From Planctomycetota bacterium (GTDB taxonomy: Bacteria > Planctomycetota > B15-G4), in NCBI GenBank assembly GCA_965248575.1, contig CBDFJQ010000002.1, positions 3,936,001-4,000,000 on the forward strand: a stretch of 64,000 nt of DNA. Direction: 5' to 3'. The stretch's first letter is position 1. Every line of letters starts with the position of its first letter. A program made the translations under genes and the position numbers. The notes beneath the pieces were generated by a model, which searched no databases, was not told the origin of the DNA, and saw nothing but the letters and a program-made list of their open reading frames with translations. Positions 57,436 through 64,000 of this stretch are shown here, piece after piece.

Positions 57436-59781
57436 ATGTTCCGTATCCCACAGGCCCTGCTCGTGGCCGCGATCCTGTTCGGCGTGAGCGCCGACGTCCA
57501 GGCGGCCGACACCGGCACGCTGAGTCTGCAGGTGCCCCTGCTCAAGTCGAAGGCCAAGGCCAACGGCATCAAGTTCTCGCCTTACAAGAGCGGCAAGGAA
57601 GCCTTCCAGGTGACCATCGAGCTCTTCGATGCGGACAGCGGGGCCCCCCTGCTGCAGCAAGATGGTGCGACGCCCTGGTCAGAGACCTTCACGGTCACGT
57701 CCAACACGGCGGCACCCAGCGACCCGGCCAACGGGTTGCTGAGCGAGCCGAGCAAGATCGCGGGGCGGACAACGGTCCTGCTGGGTTCGACCCTCGAGCT
57801 GCCACCGGATCTGCTCGAAGGAGATGTCGTCTTCACGACCCGGCTTACCACCTTCAAGAAGGGTGTGGCCCAGACGCCCTTCGAGCGCTCGCCGCCCAGG
57901 CCGCTCGGCGTCAGCGGCATCGTCCATGGGCAGAACCTGAAGCCGGCCCGGGTCGAAACGGAGAAGCTGCAGGTCACCGGTGGCGCGGCGGATGGGAATG
58001 TGCTGACGAGCGATGCCAGCGGCAACGCCACCTGGCAGCCCTTTGCGGATGTTTCCGGTGTCACAGGCACCGCGAATCGTCTCGCAGTCTTCGACAGCGC
58101 GAACACACTCGGCGATTCCCTGATCGTGCAGAGCGCTCAACAGGTGACCATCGAGACGCAGCTCAGGGTGACGTCGGGCTTGGTTTCGGACACGGACATC
58201 TTTGCCGGTAACGACGTCTTCGCCAATGATGACGTGGTCGCCGCTGACGATATCGTTGCCGGCGGGAACGTGCTAGGAGGGGCGCTCATGTCCGCATTTG
58301 AAGTGCGCGGGTCGAGCCTTGTGCGCTCCGGTTCACCCAGTTCGGCGACCACCGCAGGCGATGTGGTGGCCGATGATGATCTGCTTGCCGATGACGATGT
58401 GATCGCGGGGGATGACGTCTTCGCCGGGGGCTCGATCAATGCCAACGGCGGAGCTTCCCTAGGTGGTTCGCTCACAGTCAGCGGTTCGGCCAACGTCTCG
58501 GGTTCGTTGGGTACCAGCAGCGCGTTCACCGCAACGAGCGACATCAACACGAAGAACGGCTCTGTGACGGCTGGTTCACCAAGCTCGGCGTTTGCTGCGG
58601 GGGACGTGGCTGCCACGGACGATCTCGTGGCCGACGACGATGCGCTTATCGGAGATGACGTCATCGCAGGGGGACACATCCAGACCGGTACTCCGAGCAT
58701 TTCTCCATCCACCGGCGATGTGGCCGCCACAGACGACCTGATCGCTGACGATGACATCTTCTTGGGCGGCGGTCTGATCGTGCTCGACGACGCCAATGGC
58801 AGCGAACAACTGGAGATCCGCACCGACGAGGACATGGTGTTCCAAGTCAACAACGACATCACCGGGGGAGCCAACGACGAGTTCCGTTGGAACCAGGCAC
58901 CGCCTGGACTCGGTGGCTTCGTCGCCATGCGGCTGGACAAGGACGGCGACCTCTCCATCGACGGCAGCTACTCGTCGGGTGGCGCAGACCTGGCGGAGTA
59001 CTTCCCCACCACCACATCGATGTTGAAGCTGAAGCCCGGCACGCTGGTGGCCCTCGACCCCCAACTCCCAGAGCACGTGCAGCGGGCGGAGTTGGGCCAG
59101 GCCGAGCTGGTGCTGGGGGTGGTGCCCACGGCACCGGGTCTCCTCATGGGTGCGGGCAGCGTCATGGGTCTGCAGCCCGAGCTGCTGCGCGCCGCGGACA
59201 GGGCCCAGGAGCAGGACGAGTTCGAGCTGTCGGTCGCCCTTGAGACGCAGTGGCGGGCCGTCAACAACGCCCGGGTGGATCGCATCGCCGTGGCCTTGCA
59301 GGGTCGTGTGCCCGTTCGGGTCGATTTGACGGGTGGTGTGATCGCTGCGGGTGACCGCCTCGGCATGAGCGCCCAGCCTGGGATGGCAGCCCGCTACACC
59401 GGTTACGGCCCGGTGATCGGCATTGCCATGGAGGCCTTCGACGGCAGCGCGCAACAGGAGAGCATCGTCGTCTTCCTGGGCCTCGACCACTCGCCGGACG
59501 CCAGCAGCGGTGGGGGTCTGGGCGCCGCCGATCTGCTCGAGGGTCTGGCGGAGTTGGAGCGCTCACAGCTGTTCGTGGGCACGGCACAGTTCCAGCCGGG
59601 GCAGAGCCGCCTCGTCGTGCAGGACGGCCGCCTCGCTGCGGACTCCCTGCCCGTGCTGACCTTCTACGGCAACCCGGGCGGCAGCTATTGGGTCAGTGAG
59701 CGTGGGCACGGTTGGTTCGTGGTGGAGCTGGAGCAGCCCGCGACCGATTGGCTGGAGCTGGGGTTCAGCGCGACGCCCTAG
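57436..59781 (+). CDS. Secreted fibre-like protein with Asp-rich hexapeptide repeats and IMC/peptidase-G2-like tail
   Basis: Signal peptide; D-[VL]-x-A-x-D repeats; GADLAEYF...GRVPVRV..IAAGDRL..GPVIGIAME. Confidence 0.82.
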   Translation: MFRIPQALLVAAILFGVSADVQAADTGTLSLQVPLLKSKAKANGIKFSPYKSGKEAFQVTIELFDADSGAPLLQQDGATPWSETFTVTSNTAAPSDPANGLLSEPSKIAGRTTVLLGSTLELPPDLLEGDVVFTTRLTTFKKGVAQTPFERSPPRPLGVSGIVHGQNLKPARVETEKLQVTGGAADGNVLTSDASGNATWQPFADVSGVTGTANRLAVFDSANTLGDSLIVQSAQQVTIETQLRVTSGLVSDTDIFAGNDVFANDDVVAADDIVAGGNVLGGALMSAFEVRGSSLVRSGSPSSATTAGDVVADDDLLADDDVIAGDDVFAGGSINANGGASLGGSLTVSGSANVSGSLGTSSAFTATSDINTKNGSVTAGSPSSAFAAGDVAATDDLVADDDALIGDDVIAGGHIQTGTPSISPSTGDVAATDDLIADDDIFLGGGLIVLDDANGSEQLEIRTDEDMVFQVNNDITGGANDEFRWNQAPPGLGGFVAMRLDKDGDLSIDGSYSSGGADLAEYFPTTTSMLKLKPGTLVALDPQLPEHVQRAELGQAELVLGVVPTAPGLLMGAGSVMGLQPELLRAADRAQEQDEFELSVALETQWRAVNNARVDRIAVALQGRVPVRVDLTGGVIAAGDRLGMSAQPGMAARYTGYGPVIGIAMEAFDGSAQQESIVVFLGLDHSPDASSGGGLGAADLLEGLAELERSQLFVGTAQFQPGQSRLVVQDGRLAADSLPVLTFYGNPGGSYWVSERGHGWFVVELEQPATDWLELGFSATP

Positions 59782-59837
59782 TGTCGTCGTCGCGGGGTGC
59801 AGAGGCTTCTCACAACGAACCCCGCATGCTGCTGGGC

Positions 59838-59871
59838 AGCGGCCTCCCGGATTGAACTCCGGGAGGCCGCT
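59838..59871 (+). terminator. Stem-loop terminator candidate
   Basis: Perfect 14-bp stem agcggcctcccgga-ttgaac-tccgggaggccgct. Confidence 0.65.
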
Positions 59872-59948
59872 CTTCATGCTGCGGTACGCTTGGTGTGAGC
59901 ATTGCCCGACCGGTTGTTGGTGTCTGGTACCTGTTGAGCGGAGGAGCC

Positions 59949-60293
59949 GTGGTGAGCCCATCCAAGAAAGACCCCACAGAGCCCATCTGCAAGGCCGCCG
60001 GCAAGTACGCAGGCGTGGATGAAGGGACCGCCTGCACTCAGACCTCCTTCAAGGCGGGCAAGAAGGCCTTCCTCTACATCGGCTCGGCCAAGGGGCGCTT
60101 CAAGGCGATGTTCAAGTTGGACGCGTCCTTGAAGGAGGCGGCTGCCCTTGCGAAGAAGCGCCCCGAGGACTTCGAGGTGGGGTCGATGGGTTGGGTGACG
60201 GCGCGTTTCACTGCGGAGGAACCCCTGCCCAAGACCCTTTGGAAGGCGTGGCTCGATGAAAGCTACGCGCTCAGCGCGAAGAAGCCTCGCTAG
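59949..60293 (+). CDS. MmcQ/YjbR-family protein
   Basis: FKAGKKAF, GWVT, WLDESY; GAGGAG RBS. Confidence 0.75.
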   Translation: MVSPSKKDPTEPICKAAGKYAGVDEGTACTQTSFKAGKKAFLYIGSAKGRFKAMFKLDASLKEAAALAKKRPEDFEVGSMGWVTARFTAEEPLPKTLWKAWLDESYALSAKKPR

Positions 60294-60409
60294 GGCTGCT
60301 GCGGCAGCTGGTCCCGCCCAACTGGACAAGGCGTAGCTGATTCAAAGCATCTCGATTAGGATCGCTCGTCCTCTGGTGCGGCTTGCAGTCGCCGGAGCGC
60401 TCCTGTCCG

Positions 60410-61807
60410 ATGAGTCTGCTCATGCATGTCTTGCGTCCGCTCGTGATGGTCACCGCCTTGCTGCTCCCCTGCGCTTCGACCCTAGCGCTGCAAGAGAGCA
60501 CAGGAGGGAGTCAGCCCGTCATCACTGTCCAAGGGCAGGCGTTCCAGACCTGGGATGACTACAAGAGTTCGGCTTTGTTTCGCGAAGCTGGTCTGCGCTG
60601 CAAGCTCGTGCACGAAAGTGGGGAGGCCTACACACAGGCCGACCCCTCGGACTGCACCTACAACTTCACCAACCCCTCGTCTGAGTACGCACCCACGAGC
60701 TTGGTGGAGATCCCGGTCGTGGTGCATTGCATGTACAAGGTCGATGGCACAGGCTTCGTGCCCGAGACAGCGATCAAGAGCCAGATCCTGCAGTTGAACG
60801 AACGCTTTCGTGCGTTCAGTGGGAGTGTGGGTGGCGCAGGTGTGGATGCCTTGATCCAGTTCCACCTGGCGACCGAAGATCCGAACGGACTGCCCACCGA
60901 CGGCATCCAGTACCGCGCCAATGACCAGTGGTACAGCGATGGGGGCCAGTACTGGAACACCCTGGCCTGGGACACCAATCGCTACCTGAACATCTATCTC
61001 AACAATGCGGGCGGCTTCCTGGGCTATGTGCCCGCGCTTCCGCAGCAGGGTTCTCCCGCCGGGAACAACCTGGACCGCGTGGTGGTGCAGTGGTCCACCG
61101 TGGGAGCCAATGCGCCGATCGGCTTCCCCTATGACCAAGGCACGATCGCAGCGCACGAGGTCGGGCACTACCTCGGCCTGTTTCACACCTTCAACGGCGG
61201 CTGCGCGTCCCAGGGCGGCTGCGCGTCGAACGGCGATCGCGTCTGCGACACGCCACCCTCCAGCTCGTCGGCCTTCGTGTGTGACCCCGTCGACAGTTGT
61301 GGGGTGCCCGACCCGTTCGAGAACTACATGAGCTACGGCGACCCGTGCATGACGGGCTTCACCGCCGAGCAGATCCTGCGCATGCGTTGCAGCATCGAGC
61401 ACTACCGCCCGAACCTGGCGCTGAGCAAGGCGCCGGGCACTTGGACTGACCTGGGCGGAGGCACCAGTGGTGCCGCGGGAGATCCCACCCTGGCGGGAGA
61501 GGGGCTGCTGATCGGCGGCTCCATCGCCACGCTCGATCTTGTGAACGCGCCTAACAACGCCCTGCTTCTGGCCTGGATTTCGTTCACGTCCGTGCCAGCG
61601 ACCTTCTTTGGCGGAACGGTGCACGCGACGCCCTTCGCCAACCAGTTCTTGTTCTTCGCCGATGCGGCGGGCGAGTTCTCGGCCTACACCAACTGGCCTG
61701 AAGGCCTGCCGCCCGGTACGGAGGCCTGGTTCCAGTTCCTGGTGCAGGATCCGTCCGTCGTCTGGGGCATCACTCTGTCGAACGGCCTCAAGGCGACCAC
61801 GCCCTAG
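60410..61807 (+). CDS. M43 (pappalysin/ulilysin-like) zinc metalloprotease
   Basis: HEVGHYLGLFH, DTP, NYMSY Met-turn; signal peptide. Confidence 0.93.
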   Translation: MSLLMHVLRPLVMVTALLLPCASTLALQESTGGSQPVITVQGQAFQTWDDYKSSALFREAGLRCKLVHESGEAYTQADPSDCTYNFTNPSSEYAPTSLVEIPVVVHCMYKVDGTGFVPETAIKSQILQLNERFRAFSGSVGGAGVDALIQFHLATEDPNGLPTDGIQYRANDQWYSDGGQYWNTLAWDTNRYLNIYLNNAGGFLGYVPALPQQGSPAGNNLDRVVVQWSTVGANAPIGFPYDQGTIAAHEVGHYLGLFHTFNGGCASQGGCASNGDRVCDTPPSSSSAFVCDPVDSCGVPDPFENYMSYGDPCMTGFTAEQILRMRCSIEHYRPNLALSKAPGTWTDLGGGTSGAAGDPTLAGEGLLIGGSIATLDLVNAPNNALLLAWISFTSVPATFFGGTVHATPFANQFLFFADAAGEFSAYTNWPEGLPPGTEAWFQFLVQDPSVVWGITLSNGLKATTP

Positions 61808-61832
61808 GAGCGACTCACCACGGGATGGGCCG

Positions 61833-63968
61833 CTAGGGCGCGGTGCTCTTCACGCCATTGCTGAGGGAACCCCCGAAGACGGGGACCGAGGCATCCACCA
61901 CGGCAGCCTGGATCCAGGCTTGCAGACCGCTGGGGATACCCGAGGGCCACGGTGCAGTCGTCGTCCACGCCCCGAGGGCATCGGTGGAGAACGCAAAGCT
62001 GTTGAGCAGCGGGAAGGCGTGCAGGGTGCCGCCCAGGAAGGACGCCGGCGCCGAGGCGCCCGATAGGAACAGGAAGCCGAGGGCGTTGGGCGCTGCCTGG
62101 CTCACGAACATCTTGAGCGGCGACCCGGCCTCTTGGGTGCCGACGCCGATGAGCTGTGGTGGACCCAGCACTCCCAGCGTGCCGCCGCCGAGCACATCCC
62201 AGGTGGCGAAGTCCCCCTTCTGGATCGTGAAGCCGTCGTTGACGCTGCCCGTGGAGTCGAGGAACTGCACCTGGAGTTGGAGGTCGTCCACGTCGATGAC
62301 GAGCGAGCCGAGAGTCTCCTCGGAGTGGTGCATGGCCGGGTGCACGCCATCGGGTGTACTCGTCTTGCCCGAGCTTCCCGCCACGCAGTAGACCGTGCCG
62401 TTGTGGGCGCCGAAGGCCTTGTTGTAGGCGCCGTCGCCTGCGGTCGCTCCATCTCCCGGGTCCTTCTTCTTGCTGTCGACGAAGCTGGAGCTGAGCCCGT
62501 AGTGCCGGTCGAGCAGAAAGCTGCGCTCGAAGCTGTGACTGTGTCCGCCGAGCACCAGATCCACGCCGTTGGCTTCCAAGAGCGGGAGGAAGTTCTGGCG
62601 CATGAGCATCAACTTGTTGTCGGTGTCCGAATCGTGAGAGCCCTTGGTGTAGGGCGGGTGGTGCCAATAGGCGATGACCCAGTCCTGGTTGGTGGACGCG
62701 AGGTCTGCGCCCAGCCAGGTCCACATGGCGCCGCCCATGGTCAGCGTCGAACTCTCCGAGTCGAGGCAGATGAAGTGCACATTGGCGTAGTCGAAGCTGT
62801 AGTACAGCTCGGTGCCGGACGGCATGCCGCCTGCTTCACCGTTGGAAGGCAAGCTGAACGTCCCTGCATAGACGCCGGTGGTGTCGTGGTTGCCGCGCGT
62901 GGGCCAGACCACGCTTTGGCGAAGCATGCTGGGGTAGGTGTCGTAGACGGCGTTCTGGTACTCAAGCAGGGTGCCGTCCGTGTAGGCATTGTCGCCGAGC
63001 ATCAGCCACAGGTCGGTGTGTTGGGAGCCGGTGAAGTTGGCGTAGGCGTCACGCACTGAGGCAGCCAGGCTGTCCGCGGTGCCCGAGTCGCCGATGGCCC
63101 AGACACGGATGGGCGTCGGGCTGCCAGGCAGCGGGGCCGTCATGAAGGTGTGGGTAGCGTCGGGGCCGGCGAGTTCGTCGCTGGCGCTGCCTACCGAGTA
63201 CCAGTAGCGGGTGGCGGGTGCGAGGCCGGTCAGCGTGATCAGGTGGCTGCTGATCACGACGGCATTCGACGCGTTGCTGGTGAGCACTCCCGGAGCCGTG
63301 CCGTAGCGCACCACGGAATCCGTGGGGTCGTCGGTGTTCCAACGCAGGACCATGCTGTCGGAGGTTCCGAGTTGGAGGTAGGGGCCGCGGATGACGAATT
63401 GCTTGTCCGTTGCGCGCAGGTCGAGGTCAAAGCTGATGTCAGAACTCGTGCCGTCAATCTGGTGCACCTCCACGGCTATGAGGTTGTTGCCCGGCAGCAG
63501 GTCTGACGGCGAGAGGTCGATGACCCGGAACACGTCCTCATCCGAACCGCTTTGGGAAGCGAGCGCCCCCGTGTCGAAAGCGATGAGCCCCACCGGCATG
63601 TTGCTACGAGCAACCTCAAGGCCGTTGAGGAAGACCACTGCCCCGTCGTCACGCGCCAAGCGCAGCCGCAGCTTGGTGTAGGCAGCCGGGTTCGGCACCG
63701 AGAATCCGTGCCGGAAGTATGTCGTGATGTGTTTGTCGTCGGGGTCAGCGCCAAAGGAAAGAGGGGTGATCTCGTCCTGGTCGCCGTAACCCAGGTGAGC
63801 AGGGCCCATGCCCCAAGCACTGTCATTGAAGGCGGGTGCAACCCAGCTCGAGCCTTGATCACTCCCGTCGTCGAGGTAGCGCCAGGTGGCGCCGCGCGGG
63901 ATGAGGACATCCGTGGCCATGAGGGCCGGGCTGAGGGCAAGGACGACGAGGATCGCGGCGAATCTCAT
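61833..63968 (-). CDS. Secreted purple-acid-phosphatase-like metallophosphoesterase
   Basis: GDSG, GDNAY, GNHD, HHPPY, GHSH; N-terminal beta-sandwich and FN3-like domains. Confidence 0.92.
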   Translation of the reverse strand: MRFAAILVVLALSPALMATDVLIPRGATWRYLDDGSDQGSSWVAPAFNDSAWGMGPAHLGYGDQDEITPLSFGADPDDKHITTYFRHGFSVPNPAAYTKLRLRLARDDGAVVFLNGLEVARSNMPVGLIAFDTGALASQSGSDEDVFRVIDLSPSDLLPGNNLIAVEVHQIDGTSSDISFDLDLRATDKQFVIRGPYLQLGTSDSMVLRWNTDDPTDSVVRYGTAPGVLTSNASNAVVISSHLITLTGLAPATRYWYSVGSASDELAGPDATHTFMTAPLPGSPTPIRVWAIGDSGTADSLAASVRDAYANFTGSQHTDLWLMLGDNAYTDGTLLEYQNAVYDTYPSMLRQSVVWPTRGNHDTTGVYAGTFSLPSNGEAGGMPSGTELYYSFDYANVHFICLDSESSTLTMGGAMWTWLGADLASTNQDWVIAYWHHPPYTKGSHDSDTDNKLMLMRQNFLPLLEANGVDLVLGGHSHSFERSFLLDRHYGLSSSFVDSKKKDPGDGATAGDGAYNKAFGAHNGTVYCVAGSSGKTSTPDGVHPAMHHSEETLGSLVIDVDDLQLQVQFLDSTGSVNDGFTIQKGDFATWDVLGGGTLGVLGPPQLIGVGTQEAGSPLKMFVSQAAPNALGFLFLSGASAPASFLGGTLHAFPLLNSFAFSTDALGAWTTTAPWPSGIPSGLQAWIQAAVVDASVPVFGGSLSNGVKSTAP

Positions 63969-64000
63969 GGCGTGTCTCGGGCAGGGAGCGCTGAGCCGGT

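Noticed and set aside
1..64000. tRNA, rRNA or IS transposase genes
   Set aside because: None recognised by eye; a short RNA gene could have been missed.

Overview
High-GC bacterial chromosomal segment. Gene content (ECF/Ser-Thr kinase pair, ASPIC/UnbV protein, sulfatase, many secreted proteins) suggests Planctomycetota; this is inference only. The central feature is a chromosomal integron. An intact-looking intI (16909-18066) is followed on the SAME strand by an attI-like site (~18265) and about 22 gene cassettes with 19 recognisable attC sites (18610-28259) plus eroded remnants to ~29535. This is a reverse/inverted-integrase layout whose attC cores decay with distance from attI. Other highlights: (1) a peroxiredoxin missed by the ORF track, with an in-frame UGA at the catalytic position and a SECIS-like hairpin (probable selenoprotein); (2) two signal-peptide-bearing, phage-fibre-like proteins with intramolecular-chaperone tails, one in an operon with FG-GAP/ASPIC and TPR genes and one divergent from an ECF sigma/Ser-Thr kinase pair; (3) a shared ~120-aa C-terminal domain on two, possibly three, unrelated secreted proteins (candidate sorting/anchoring signal); (4) a di-haem peroxidase coupled to a DAHL-type hybrid kinase; (5) two related long palindromic intergenic elements; (6) a run of small cassette-like genes at 38.6-48.6 kb, two with in-frame amber stops. 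Family names come from motif recognition by eye, not database searches.
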